Shown one piece after another: positions 16,888 through 31,078 of a stretch of DNA of 64,000 nucleotides. How positions within the stretch are numbered: position 1 is the stretch's first letter; each line of letters begins with the position of its first letter. The translations under genes and the position numbers were made by a program. Source of the stretch: the human T2T-CHM13v2.0 reference genome, Homo sapiens; NCBI RefSeq assembly GCF_009914755.1, contig NC_060929.1. The stretch is one strand, 5' to 3'. The notes beneath the pieces were generated by a model, which was given only the letters and a program-made list of their open reading frames with translations, searched no databases and was not told the DNA's origin.

Positions 16888-17097
16888 TTAGAGCAGCACA
16901 TTTTTCTTTTTATAATTCTTAGAATCCTAGAATCTTAAAACCGAAAGATCTTAAAGATAAATGAACTTTGCCATTTTTCCCATCCATGCAACTCAGCTTC
17001 TTTGAAGGATACTCCACTGCCTCACAGCACAGGGTGTCTCAAATAGTTAACAGTGTTTGCCAACCTCTTCTATTCGGCCTTGGCCTTTCCTGTTAAA

Positions 17098-17404
17098 TTT
17101 TTTTTTTTTTTTTTGAGACAGAGTCTCGCTCTGTTGCCCAGGCTGGAGTGCAGTGGCGCGATCTTGGCTCACTGCAAGCTCTGCCTCCCAGGTTCACGCC
17201 ATTCTCCTGCCTCAGCCTCCTGAGTAGCTGGACTACAGGCGCCCGCCACCACGCCTGGCTGTTTTTTTTTGTTTGTTTTTGTTTTTTTTTCTTTTATATT
17301 TTTAGTAGAGACGAGGTTTCACCGTGTTAGCCAGGATGGTCTCGATCTCCTAACCTCGTGATCCGCCCGCCTCGGCCTCCCAAAGTGCTGGGATTACAGG
17401 CATG
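17098..17404 (-). mobile_element. AluY
   Basis: Reverse Alu, slightly 5'-truncated. Confidence 0.95.
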
Positions 17405-18368
17405 TCTTCCTTCTGCTCTTTGAGTCCAGTCTTTTATGAGAGAATAGGAAAAAACACTTCCTTTAGGTTTTGATCATTCTTATCTACCATATCCTTTAGT
17501 TTTTCTTCATTTGGTATGGTTAACATCTTTGACCATTTTATCTGCCTTCTTCAAACTGCAGAATTTGTCTGGTTTTCTTAAAATGGCGCTGTGGCATCCA
17601 GAATAATACACAATGCTTGTGTAGGATGGATAGGAACTTTGCTCCATGAAACCCTGCGCTGCACTGTTGTTATTTGTACTTTTATTTCTCATGTACATAA
17701 GAAACCCTTCTGAGAGGATTTGAGATTCTTGTAGGTATATGTAAATCATTGTTTTTGCTCTCATTTTGGAACAAAGCAGTTATTGAATTTACAGATGGCT
17801 CATGGCCCTGGGATTTTTTCCCCCTCCTTAGTGAGTTAATTCTTAAGCCAAGTCAGCCCCATTTTGTTGCTTTGTTCAGTATGACTTTAAAAAATCTAAG
17901 TGCAAGTGTATATTTGTCATTAGGGTGTTTTGTTGTTAGCTTTGTGACATTGTAGAGTTTTGATTCTCTGATGCATTACGCTGGCTTTCATCCTTCCCTT
18001 CACTGTTTCCTCTGCCCACCCACTCTCCCAGTCACCTGCCTGCCCCGTTCGTGTTTTGCTCACTCTTGTTTGTTATAACCATCTGTATTATTGAAAGTGT
18101 TGGCAAGGCAGGGTCAGATATAGAGCACTGCTAGTGCATTTCTGATTGACATCAGCCCATTAACATTATGTTTTGAATGTGTATATAGAACATGGTATGA
18201 ATCATTTTTACTTATATCAGAAACTGAAAAAACAATATTTTCTATAGTCTGACATCTTACTAGTAACTATAACATAGTTATGGATGATCTGATAATTTTG
18301 ATACATTTTAAAATTTTGAAACATTTTATTACTTAGTTTCATTTTACTTATTTCAAAAATATTTCCAG

Positions 18369-18473
18369 GAAATCCCCTTACCCAGGATATATTGAACCTT
18401 TATCAGGAACCAGATGGAACAAGACGGCTGCTGAACTATTTGCTTGATAATTTGTCAGGTACTGCAAAAAGAA
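18369..18473 (+). CDS. CNOT6: CNOT6 coding exon, 105 nt
   Basis: ttccag|GA AAT CCC...AGA A|gtaagt; NPLTQDILNLYQEPDGTRRLLNYLLDNLSGTAKR. Confidence 0.96.
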
Positions 18474-18554
18474 GTAAGTGGTTATTTGTTTAAACCTTTT
18501 TATTAGGAAGACGTGTAAGAATATTGCTTAATTCTGTATTTTCTATTCAACTAG

Positions 18555-18623
18555 TTACAACAGAACAACCACCTCCAAGGTCTTGGATTATGTTACAAGA
18601 ACCAGATAGGACAAGGCCAACTG
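18555..18623 (+). CDS. CNOT6: CNOT6 coding exon, 69 nt
   Basis: aactag|TT ACA...ACT G|gttggt; ITTEQPPPRSWIMLQEPDRTRPT. Confidence 0.95.
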
Positions 18624-18824
18624 GTTGGTAGTCTTTTATTTTTTAACTGTTATTTTTGCTCAGTCTCTATAAGCCTAACAGTATTGTCAGCATGCTTAGA
18701 TTACAGGTAGCATTAAGACAAAATGTTTAAGGTTGGTTTGGTTTGGGAGGTAATAAAAAAGAATTCTTGCTCACATGACCTCTATGTATACTACATTGTG
18801 CTATATAGAAAGTGTGCTATAAAG

Positions 18825-19033
18825 CAGTGCTTCTCAAACGGGCAGTTTATCCCCCAGAGGACATTTGGCAATGTCTGGAGACAATTTTGATGGTCGTAAC
18901 TGGGGAGAAGTGCTGCTGGCGTCTGGTGGATGGAGGCCAGGGTTGCTGCTCAGCATTCTATAGTACACGGCACAGGCCCCCACAACAGACTTCACCTGAA
19001 ATGTCAGTAGTGCGACTCTGGTTGAGAAACCCT
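18825..19033. mobile_element. MER20 (hAT-Charlie)
   Basis: cagtgcttctcaa...gacatttggcaatgtctggagac...gttgagaaaccct. Confidence 0.85.
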
Positions 19034-19699
19034 TCTGTAGTGTACTGATGAAATTCACTTAAAATGAATACACCCAAATTTTTCTCTATGAGAAGTTTCC
19101 AAATCCTAGCATGTTCCAAATGGATTTGACACTACCGAGTTATAAGAGAGCCAAACCCTTACTTAGAGGAAAGTGGAACTAATGACTGCTCATCTCCTTT
19201 TAACCTAAATTCTATGTAAATAGTTTGGGAGCTTTCATGGTGCGTGTAACAAAATTTGGTCTGTGATACCGTTTTCATTTTGCATGAATTAACAATAGTT
19301 GTGCTGTAGAAGAAAATGAGGCATGCCTATTAAGGATACTACCTATCCAGTTTCCACATCTTACATTAACAGTTGGTAGCATGGTAGAAGGAGTATAGAA
19401 ATGAGGAATGTTAGGCTCAGAGACTGAAGGGCTCACGAGCTTAGACTTTTCACTTCCAGACCTTCTGTGCCTACCTCTGTAGCAGGTAGTACATTGTATT
19501 CTAACTTGTTCACTTATCTATCCTGCTTGCATTATCCGTCTTTTATTTATCCCCCATATGTGGCGTACAGTAGCTTTTCAGTGACTATAGATTGAATGAA
19601 TACGGTCAAACTTAACATTTAAGTGAAAACCATTACTGAAATTAATTATATATTTTTTTCTGCCACATGTGTGAATAAGTAAAGTTATCTTTCCTACAG

Positions 19700-19857
19700 C
19701 CTTGTTTTCTGTCATGTGCTATAATGTTCTTTGTGATAAATATGCGACCCGGCAGTTATACGGCTACTGTCCATCATGGGCGCTAAACTGGGACTACAGG
19801 AAAAAGGCCATTATTCAAGAAATCTTGAGCTGCAATGCTGATATCGTAAGTCTTCAG
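19700..19857 (+). CDS. CNOT6: CNOT6 coding exon (start of EEP nuclease domain), 158 nt
   Basis: ctacag|CC TTG...CTT CAG|gtaagt; LFSVMCYNVLCDKYATRQLYGYCPSWALNWDYRKKAIIQEILSCNADIVSLQ. Confidence 0.98.
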
Positions 19858-20516
19858 GTAAGTCAGACAGAAGACAGTCAACCTAGCATTGATAAAGGAA
19901 GGAGCAACTAGGAATACATTACGCTGACACATTTGAAGTTTTAGCTTCAGTAGTTCTTAAAGTACTGCTTTTTTCTGTTATTAGTGAATCCTGGGAGTAC
20001 TGCCTGCTTTGCTTTGCAGTGCTATGTTGCAAAATAGGCAAATGTGTTAAGCTGGGATTTATGCGTTTGCCATGACCGCTAAATACTCACCTTCCTCCTC
20101 CCTCCAGCGTCCCTGCACTATTTTTGAATTGGGTGGCAAAGTTACTGAAATTCTAGCGTGGTCAAGCTATAACTTGCATTGCCGACCATGTTGCTAGAAC
20201 AATTAAGGCACCGTGTAAAAAGGACTGACTTGGTACACGAACATTTTGGGTTCTCAGTGCAACTCTCATAGTCACTCATATGATCTTGAACATGTTACTT
20301 TCTGCCCAAGGGTCTGAAGTTATGATTTGTAAAGTTCGTCGACCTCTGTGGTTCTTGTTCCACCTCAGTTCTAAGACATAAGGAAATACACATGCATAGA
20401 AGTGTGTCTTTCACTCACTGTTCTTAAACAACAATGAGTTGCCCTTGGTACCTAGTACCTGTAAAATGACAAGTCGCTGTTCCAGTTGGTTTCAGATAAA
20501 TAGTGTTGAAAAGATG

Positions 20517-20873
<357 letters not shown>

Positions 20874-20967
20874 TGAAATTATTTCAAGCTCTCAAACTAT
20901 ACATAGAAGTTAATATGCAGACTAATTTTTGTCTTATGAAATAACTGTGCTGTTTACAACTTTTCAG

Positions 20968-21122
20968 GAGGTTGAAACGGAACAGTATTACAGTTTTTTT
21001 CTGGTAGAGCTGAAAGAACGTGGCTATAATGGATTCTTCAGTCCTAAGTCTAGAGCTAGGACAATGTCAGAACAAGAAAGGAAACATGTTGATGGCTGTG
21101 CAATATTCTTCAAGACAGAAAA
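20968..21122 (+). CDS. CNOT6: CNOT6 coding exon, 155 nt
   Basis: tttcag|GAG GTT...GAA AA|gtaagt; EVETEQYYSFFLVELKERGYNGFFSPKSRARTMSEQERKHVDGCAIFFKTE. Confidence 0.98.
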
Positions 21123-21728
21123 GTAAGTCATCTTATTTTTTAAAAAGAACGTTTTCTCAGTATTTGCAGGGTGGGGGCCAAGGGTGTGGAAACTAATTGG
21201 CAAATGAGAGAATGAGGCACTATATTATTACTGAAGCAAAGAATACTGTTTGACCTAGGGGGTTTTTGTTTGTTTTTAATCATCAGAAATAACCTTGTTT
21301 TGGAGACATGCTTAAAGTACTGCTGTTTCTTCAGGTGTTTACTAGGGTTTAACTCCCAATTGTTAATTGAAATACCATGTAGTTAAAATTCCCTCTATGA
21401 CGGTACAGGGATTCTTAAACCCATACTTTAGAAAAGAATTGTTTAAAAATTACAAGGTAGAATATTCCAACATAAAACTTAAACAGAAGATGACTACATT
21501 TTCTTCAGTTGTAAAAATATTTCAAGTTGTTATTTGTATCAATAACAGACTGAGAGCAACTTTAAATGGATGTGGGAAGCTTGATGCTGAACGTGGAGGA
21601 TTTTCCGTAATGTGATTTAAGTGCCATCGTATCTGTTAAGGAAGTTTGGGAAAACTGCGTTTCCCACAAAGCTAACCTCTTGGTATTCCCAACTCTGTGT
21701 GTGTGTGTGTGTGTTGTTTTTGTTTTAG

Positions 21729-21883
21729 ATTTACTTTGGTTCAGAAACACACTGTTGAATTTAATCAGCTAGCCATGGCAAATTCTGAGGGGTCTGAAGC
21801 TATGCTGAACAGAGTCATGACAAAAGATAACATTGGGGTTGCAGTACTGCTAGAACTTCGGAAGGAATCGATTGAAATGCCGT
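21729..21883 (+). CDS. CNOT6: CNOT6 coding exon, 155 nt
   Basis: ttttag|A TTT...CCG T|gtgagt; FTLVQKHTVEFNQLAMANSEGSEAMLNRVMTKDNIGVAVLLELRKESIEMP. Confidence 0.98.
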
Positions 21884-22282
21884 GTGAGTGCCCTTCACTT
21901 CCTGTAAAATTGACCAGCTCTGACTAGACATCTTCAAAAGAATAGAAAACAGAAATTTCATTGTGTATTCATGGTCTTGTCTAACACCTGAAGAAACTCA
22001 GTGAGAAGTTGTCTTTCCTAAAATGTATCTCTTTTTCTCTACCACAAAGCTTAACATGAGAAAGCATTGCCCATTAAAGTATTAGAAGCCTTGAAAAGCA
22101 TTAAAAAACCTTTTTTTTTTTTTTTGCTCCTAAGAATTTTTCATATAAAATAAATGTTGAAGTAAATATTAATTAAAATAACTGCTCAGGGGTAAGAACT
22201 CCATACACTTTTGTAATTTTTTGGCAGCAAGGATATTCTGTAAGCTAACTTCTTTTCCTGATCTATTTAAAATAATCATTTT

Positions 22283-22470
22283 ATTAGCTGGGTGTGGTGG
22301 TGGGCGCCTGTAATCCCAGCTACTTGGGAGGCTGAGGGAGAGAACTGCTTGAACCTGGGAGGCAGAGGTTGCAGTGAGCCAAGATTGTCACACTGCACTC
22401 CAACCTGGGTGACAGAGTGAGACTCCTCAAAAAATAAATAAATAAATAAATATAAATAAATAAATACATA
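22283..22470 (+). mobile_element. Alu right arm with (TAAA)n tail
   Basis: Right-monomer consensus then taaa repeats. Confidence 0.9.
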
Positions 22471-22989
22471 AAATAATTATTTTAAAGGTCTTGAGTTTTG
22501 GATAAATGGACCACTTCAAATTGAAAGCATATTTCAAGTGACCATTATGCTGGGAGCCGAAACTTGTGTCACTTGAGGAACAGTTGGAACTGGAGAAATT
22601 TAATGTGAAGTATAGAAAAAATGGAAATAGGACTTAACGATTGTCTTAAATCTAAGAAAGAGGGTTTAGATGTAATTTTGTGAGGCTCGATTTAGGACAT
22701 CCAAACTAAGACCAAAAGTTTCAGGGAGACAGAATTTTAAAAATCAAGCTGTCCCAAATAGGGCTATTTTTGTACAAGTAGTGAATGCCCTGTGCTGGAA
22801 GCATCAGCCCAGGTTGAGATGTGTATTTCTCGGGTTTGTTGTAGGGCACATTCAGTCATCCGGTGGGAATTTTAGGTGTCTTTTCTATTCTGGGACTCTG
22901 AGAGATTATTTGCTTTCAGACGCTGTAAGAATATATGGGCTGATGGGCGGGTTTTGTCTCTTTCTTTGTTTCGTTTTTATCTAATGTAG

Positions 22990-23220
22990 CTGGAAAGCCA
23001 CATCTTGGAACAGAAAAACAACTTATTCTTGTGGCTAACGCCCACATGCATTGGGACCCTGAATACTCTGATGTGAAGTTGGTACAAACTATGATGTTCC
23101 TCTCAGAAGTGAAGAACATTATTGATAAAGCCTCTCGCAACCTCAAATCCAGTGTTTTGGGAGAATTTGGAACTATTCCACTTGTGTTATGTGCAGATCT
23201 TAATTCTTTGCCAGACTCTG
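22990..23220 (+). CDS. CNOT6: CNOT6 coding exon, 231 nt
   Basis: atgtag|CT GGA...TCT G|gtaaga; includes VANAHMHWDPEYSDVK and the EEP motif LCADLNSLPDS. Confidence 0.98.
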
Positions 23221-23955
23221 GTAAGAAAATAATGTGATTTTATGTAGAATATTTTTTGACATAAGATGATTTAGTAATGTTTTGTTTCTGATCATTCCAA
23301 ATTAAGTCCAAATAAAAATTCAGTTTGTAATGGCAGCTATGAGCAGGTTTTAAACATCATGTTGGGGTGGAGGGGCCATTTTGAAGATGAAACGATATTA
23401 TGGAAACTTGAGGAGAAGGATGTTAATCATCTTGAATAAACACATAAGCAATAACGTGAAATAACTCTTTAAAGAACGTATGTAGTTCCATTTTATTACT
23501 CCAAAGTCAGAGATAATTATGGTTATTAAGACAGCCTCTTTGGGATTCCAGCGTGTGGTAATATAATCATAGTTTAAATTTGAGTTAAAATTATAGAATC
23601 TCAATTTTGCATGTATTTATAACTTGATTAGAAAAATACACCTCAGGTGGAAAATGAGCTCCTTTATTTGCACACATATCAGTCAAGCGATTTTGACAAA
23701 GAGCAAGGATCTTGATTTTTATTAAAATGTAGAATACAGAAAGCCTGATCTGGAGCGCTCTTTCCGTGGATAGTATACAATAAACAGTAGCCCTTGTAAT
23801 AACAAACTGTTTCTTTCTTTTTGTGTTTCAACTCATTTATACACACAGGAATACTCTTCCTTGGACGTGAATGTACGCATGAACACACACACACGCACAT
23901 TTGGAAGCACGTTCTTGACATCACAATAGATAGAGCCCTTAGGAAGAAAGAAACT

Positions 23956-24256
<301 letters not shown>

Positions 24257-25109
24257 AGAGAGAGAAAGAAAAACTGAGTTAAAATTCAATTTCAGGGAAA
24301 ATCAAAGCTATCTGAAATCTGTAATTATTTCATCTCATCAAGTTATCTGGGGATTACTGCCCCTGAAGCAGTTGAGTAGTAGTCTCTGACAATTTCTCTA
24401 CATGCTTTCTACTTTCTGTGTAGCTACAAAGTATCTGAGGAGTAAAGAGAAAATCTGGTCAAACATTAATATCCAAGACCCATTTCAGCATTGAGAAATA
24501 CAGTATTATAATAGCAGGCAGGTCAGAAAATGTCCAGCCTTGCTAATTTGTGAATAAAATGTAAATGAAAGTATATTTTCATAGCCCATCTTATGCTTAG
24601 TAAATTGGGAAAATACTTCACCAGGGATGTGGACGTTTGGCCTGTAACTAGCTGGTGGTATTCTCTTCCATAGTTGGCAGCATTATAAAATGGCACATTC
24701 AGTCCTAATCTTGGGATTTTATACCAAGTAAATAATTGAGCGTAAGCCAGAAGTCTGCATACTAAGATGCTGATCGTGGTGTTATCTTTAATTCTTTGTA
24801 AAAAGTGGAAACAACCTGCATTTTACAAAATAAGTAACCAGTAAATATTATCCACCAGCCCAATTGCATTGTGCAGCCATTAAAGAACGATAATTGGGAA
24901 GACACATGTTCATAAAGCAAATTATAAACTATTCAATACTCTGTGATGACAACTGTGTAAAAATAGATTTGGGCAAGTCCTGGCAAATGTAAAAGGAAAC
25001 ATTTTGGAACGTGGGAATATGTATAGTTTAAAACTTCTTACTATTGCATGATCTTTTAAAATTACTTTTTGTATATATTTGACAATAAAAAAATTTGTCT
25101 TCATTGTAG

Positions 25110-25312
25110 GTGTTGTAGAATATTTGAGCACAGGTGGAGTAGAAACAAATCACAAAGACTTTAAGGAGTTGAGGTATAATGAAAGTCTCACAAACTTCAG
25201 CTGTCATGGGAAGAATGGAACCACCAATGGAAGGATCACTCATGGTTTCAAGTTACAGAGTGCCTATGAGAGTGGCCTGATGCCTTACACGAATTACACA
25301 TTTGATTTCAAG
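25110..25312 (+). CDS. CNOT6: CNOT6 coding exon, 203 nt
   Basis: ttgtag|GT GTT...TTC AAG|gtgtgt; VVEYLSTGG...MPYTNYTFDFK. Confidence 0.98.
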
Positions 25313-25418
25313 GTGTGTCTTGAGACTGATAAGCTTTTCAAACCTGTCTTTTACTGGCAGGTGTTCTGATACATCATTATGTCTTTAAAACTGTGGCTGT
25401 GTGTTCAGGCTGGAATGA

Positions 25419-25742
<324 letters not shown>

Positions 25743-26046
25743 AGTAATATTCTTTTATTACTCTTTTTTAGAAGTCCATGTGATCAGTGTCACATCCTTA
25801 CTTTGTAGATATTTATTCTAATAATTTTCAGGATAAGAAGTCACATGAAATAATCTGTAAAATTCCTAAGTTGACTTTTTCACCTTTTGGGGACAATTAT
25901 GTTTCTTATATTCTCATTACTAATAGCTAGATATGCAGCACCATAATTATCTAGTTTGAGTGGCATTTGTGGTAAGATGTTCCTTCTCTTACATTTTAAT
26001 TTAACTGAAAGTAAACTCTTGCATGCCAAAATGTGATTTATATTAG

Positions 26047-26385
<339 letters not shown>

Positions 26386-26444
26386 TAACGTTAGTGATTG
26401 TTTAGGGCTGTCACTTTCTTGTGTTCAACTGTCCTTTTTCTAAA

Positions 26445-26734
26445 AAGAGATATGGTCTCACTCATTTTGCCCAGGCTGAAGTACAGTGATGTGATGATAA
26501 CACACTGCAGCCTCAAACTCTCGGGCTCAGGCAACCCTCCTGCCTCAGCCTCCCCGCTAACTTGGACTACAGGTGTCCGCCGCCATACCCAGATCTTTTT
26601 TTTTTGGTAATTTTTTGTAAAGACAAGGTTTTGCTATATTGCCCAGCCCAATCTTGAACCCCTGGCCTCAAGCAATCCTCCTGCCTTAGCCTCCCAAAGT
26701 GCTGGGATTATAGACGGGAGCTACCACATCTGGC
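26445..26734 (-). mobile_element. AluJ
   Basis: Diverged full Alu. Confidence 0.9.
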
Positions 26735-27429
26735 TCAGCTGCCCTTTTAAACTACTTTTTGCATTTCTGCTTTCTTAAAAATTTCTTAACTCCCAGCTTT
26801 CTATTTCTAAGCTGCTGGAAAAGTAATCATTTAGATTAGACTGTCAGAGTGTAAATAAGAGTTTAGATAGTATCTCAGGAGCCTTTGCACCTTAGAGCAT
26901 AGAAAGTAAACCCCTGTTTATCCTCAGGTGCCCCTTCCTTTCAGGTTCTTCAGGAGACATTGAAGAGAAAGCATGGGTAGCAGCCACAGAGTGGGAATGC
27001 TTAGCGTTTTCTTTCTCTTTCTGTTGCTGATGCAGTGGCAGGAAGAAGACACTTGAATGTGCTTCAGTACATTTGGCCAAGAGCATGTAGAGGGGAGGAC
27101 CAGAACCATCAGATGGGAACAGTTTAGTAGATGCCATGGCGGGGTGCTGCTGAGAGAAAAGGGGGTCAGGTAGAGACAGTCCTGCCCTCATGGAGCTGAG
27201 GTGTGATGAGAGAGACAAGTCTCAACCACACAAATGAGTAGATAATTACACCTTGAGATGGCCATTAGCAAGGGAAGTGAATCTGTGGTGAGAGGTAGGG
27301 TAGTAAGTAGGTAGGAGCAGGATTCAGGAAGGTCTTTGGAAAGCAGTTGAACCTGACATTGAAAGATTAAGAAGGAATTGACCTCATAACAAGTAGAAGA
27401 AAGTGTTCCAGGCAGAATGGTGGAGGGGG

Positions 27430-27432
<3 letters not shown>

Positions 27433-27483
<51 letters not shown>
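27433..27483. repeat. (GT)n microsatellite (~25 units)
   Basis: Pure GT run followed by (CCGT)3. Confidence 0.97.
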
Positions 27484-27484
<1 letters not shown>

Positions 27485-27863
27485 GTCCGTCCGTCCTGGG
27501 GCAGGAAAGAACTTGGTACCTATAGGTCCCCTCACATCCTCACCCCTTTCTCATTCCAAAGGCTAGTGTGGAAGCAGGGAAAGTGGCACAAATTAGGCTA
27601 GGAAAGAGAAGCAGAGGCTGCATCCTGAAAGGCCTTTTAGGTCTTGTTAAAGATCCAGATAAGAAGAATGCTTCATTCTGCTAGATTTGACATTTTGCAC
27701 GGGGACCATTTGGTGTATGTAGTACAGACCTCATCCTACAAGCTAGTAAGTTTCACTTGTTCTGTTCTGTTCACCAAACATGACATAAAGGCATGTCTTG
27801 AAAGCACTGAGGATTTTAGTGTTGTCTTATACGGTGCTTATCTTTTTTTCTGTTGTTTTTCAG

Positions 27864-28076
27864 GGTATAATAGACTACATTTTCTATTCTAAACCTCAGC
27901 TGAACACCTTAGGCATCCTGGGCCCTCTGGACCACCACTGGCTGGTTGAGAATAACATCAGTGGCTGCCCGCACCCCCTCATCCCCTCTGACCACTTCTC
28001 ACTTTTTGCACAACTGGAGCTCTTACTGCCTTTCCTGCCCCAAGTCAACGGCATCCACCTTCCTGGCAGGAGGTAG
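27864..28076 (+). CDS. CNOT6: CNOT6 last coding exon, 213 nt to stop
   Basis: tttcag|GGT ATA ATA GAC TAC...AGG AGG TAG; GIIDYIFY and PSDH catalytic motifs. The ten exons sum to 1562 nt with compatible phases. Confidence 0.98.
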   Translation, partial: GIIDYIFYSKPQLNTLGILGPLDHHWLVENNISGCPHPLIPSDHFSLFAQLELLLPFLPQVNGIHLPGRR

Positions 28077-31038
28077 TCAAGCACCTTCAGAGGACAGCCT
28101 TGATTCACTTGTAAACTTGTGAAAATCTGAACATAGGGGAGTGAGGTATGGCCACTGAGGATTTTTGCTTGCTTAAGAATGATTTGGACTTTCAATCTGA
28201 TTATTTGATAAGGATATAGTATGAAAGCCAGGTGCTAGCAACAGACAAATTCTGAGCCCAATATGCTTTATACTGCTAGACAGGGATTGGTGTGTTTGCA
28301 CCTGTCTTTCATTTGTCATAAGAGATTTTCCTATTTCTTCTACCCAATAGAATATTTTCATGCCTGGAAATAGGAAAATGTGTGAACAGCGTATTCTCTT
28401 CACACAGAAATCTGTAGCACTGCTTTTTTGAGGCCAGTAGCAACATCCAGAGATCATTCTTCCATACTTTACTCCCTCCTTTTTCAGACTTGTTTGTAAA
28501 GTACAGAATCTGAATTTAGCCTTTATGATTGTATATGATCCACAGAAGACCTGATTTATGAAATTTTGTACTAAAATCATTTGGAAATGATTGTATTGTA
28601 AACTGAGGCTAAATTTTTTTTTAAACCTGTTTCATGTGTTATAAAGGCCAGCTTGTAAAAGAAGCTGCAACAGACTTTCTCTGCTCATGATTTGCACTCT
28701 TAGGGTTTTGTTAGCCCTTTTGTACTACTTTCTTTTTAAATTGAGAACATGGTTCTTTACATATAAATCTGCTTCAACCTTAGGATGTTTTCAGACCAGA
28801 GGCAACTTATTCATGAATTTTTATGAAAACTATCTACTAGGACAGATAAGCTGAACAGTGATGATCTGTAGACATTTATGGACTGAATGTAATGGTTGAT
28901 ATATGTACATTCTGATATTTTTAAATCTTTAACTTTTTAAAGTTAAAAACCTACAGCTGCTTAGGTCCAGCTTCTTAACTCTTTTTGAGACACTTCCTGT
29001 CCTATCTCCACTGTGCCTGCCTAAATTTGTTCTCACCAAGCACTGCCTGTGCATGCAGAGAAAATCTGTGCATCCTCTTTTATATTTTTAAAATACTGTT
29101 TAACATTTGTGAGAATTTTATGAAAATGCTTTTGTATGAGCTGTGGCTTTTTCCCATTGTGAAGCATTGAATATCACATTTTGGAACATGTTATAGGGTG
29201 AGTCCCTGGATCTTTGCTCACCAGATCCAAGCACTGCTTCTCGGTGTCATTGCAGTGTGCTGCTTGTCACCCAGAATACTACTATCATGTGAATTCTTTT
29301 TGTCGTCAGTGTCTTTTCCTTAGTCTTTTTGTTGTTGTTGTTGTTGTTGTTTTAATCATTCCTTTTTTAAGAAGAAGTAATTTTCCATTTATGAAGCAGT
29401 ATGAATTAGATGTATTTTCAAAACAGGTCCCTAAGACAATTCTTCAGATCATTTTTAAAATGACTAAGTCATTTTAGTATGTCAAGCAAGATAAAAATTA
29501 CATCATACCGTCTATTTTGCCCATAGTGCCATTTAGAGATGAAAACCAGCTTTAACTTTGCAAAGTGAACATGTACATGGTCTGCTCTCATTTATTCATT
29601 CTTCTCTCAAAAGTCAAATGAATGCAGAGGGAGCTTGGTCAAACTGCTTTTGTTTCAACTGCAGGCAGGGGAGCAAAAGGACGCCATGTGAGCATTAGGA
29701 AAAAAAATACTCACTCTTACTAACAATTTTTATACAGAAAATGAGTCATTTTGGAAATGATTCTTATGTTTTTTTTTTTTCTCCTTTTAGAAAATTCTCC
29801 AAAAGGTTTTGATGTTGAATCTTGGTCTTGGACCTGTTTTTTCCTTTGAGGGTTTTTTGTTTTTTGTTTTTTCTAGGATTTCATTGTGATGTTTTGGTTT
29901 TGTTTTTTGCTTTTTGTTTAAGTTGTGCTGACACCAAACACATCCAGTTTATAATCAGTACATTGGAAAGCTGGTATTGATGTAGAACCAGTGCATAACT
30001 TTTTATGGGGTTTTGTTATTGGTTTTTTTTTGTAAAGTGTGAATAAAAGGTATGTTTACTCATTTTTCCTGAACACTGTGTTGGTAATGTGCATCATGAC
30101 AATTTCCAGTGAAGGTGAGCTGGAGCTGGTTGGACTAATGAGACTGAGGAAGCAGCTTTTCCTACGATCTGCATTATGTAATCACAGGTCCAGAGAGCTT
30201 TATGGAAGCGGGAGAGGAGGAGCACTTACTCATGTTGTATTTGTTAATGGAGGATGTCATCTTTTCATAGATGCTGGAACTAGAGTGCACTTGTTAGATG
30301 CTAAAGGTTTGAGCTTTACACAAAATGTCTTCATCTGTATTTGTTATTGTCTACAATATATTTGAATTTGGGGCAGCATATTAAGATGTAATGGCCTGTT
30401 ATGTCTTGAAAATACTTGTTTTGCCTCTTCCAGGCATACTGCATTCTGTGGATCAGTTTGAACAGCTTCTCCACCTTATTTGGACAGTGATAAATTGAAC
30501 CAAGAGTGTAGATTTACAAGTGTAACCTTCAAAAGAGGAAGAACTATTTGGGGTCTGTAGGTAATGAACAGTCACACCAAAATAGACTATGATGCTTTTG
30601 TTAAGAAAGGTTTCATGTTTTAGATATTTTCCGTGTCCTAAATAATTTTCAATAATCTATAATCCCTAAAATGCAATAAAAACTAGTATGTTTTCACGGT
30701 GTATATTTTTTTTCAAAAATTCTGTAACAAATATATTTAATGTGTTGCCATAATGTCATTTCAGTATTTTTGCTGGATAAATCCATTTTAGAAATGTCTT
30801 ACAAAAAGTTTAGGGCATGTTTTCTGTTTTAAAGACCAGAAGTTTGAAGGCACCCAAATCCTTGTCGCCAATCTCCTGAAGTACAGCTTTACCATATTAG
30901 TGGTCATTATTTATGCTTTGAGAGTTTCAATATTGTTCGTCAAGTTAACTTATGGCATAATTTAAGCTAAAGTTGTAGAAATGAATTGTTGAGTGCAACT
31001 TTCATAGTCCCAAAGATAGGCAGAGAACATCTCCAGAA

Positions 31039-31039
<1 letters not shown>

Positions 31040-31076
<37 letters not shown>
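31040..31076. repeat. (TG)18 microsatellite in CNOT6 3'UTR
   Basis: Pure TG run. Confidence 0.97.
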
Positions 31077-31078
<2 letters not shown>

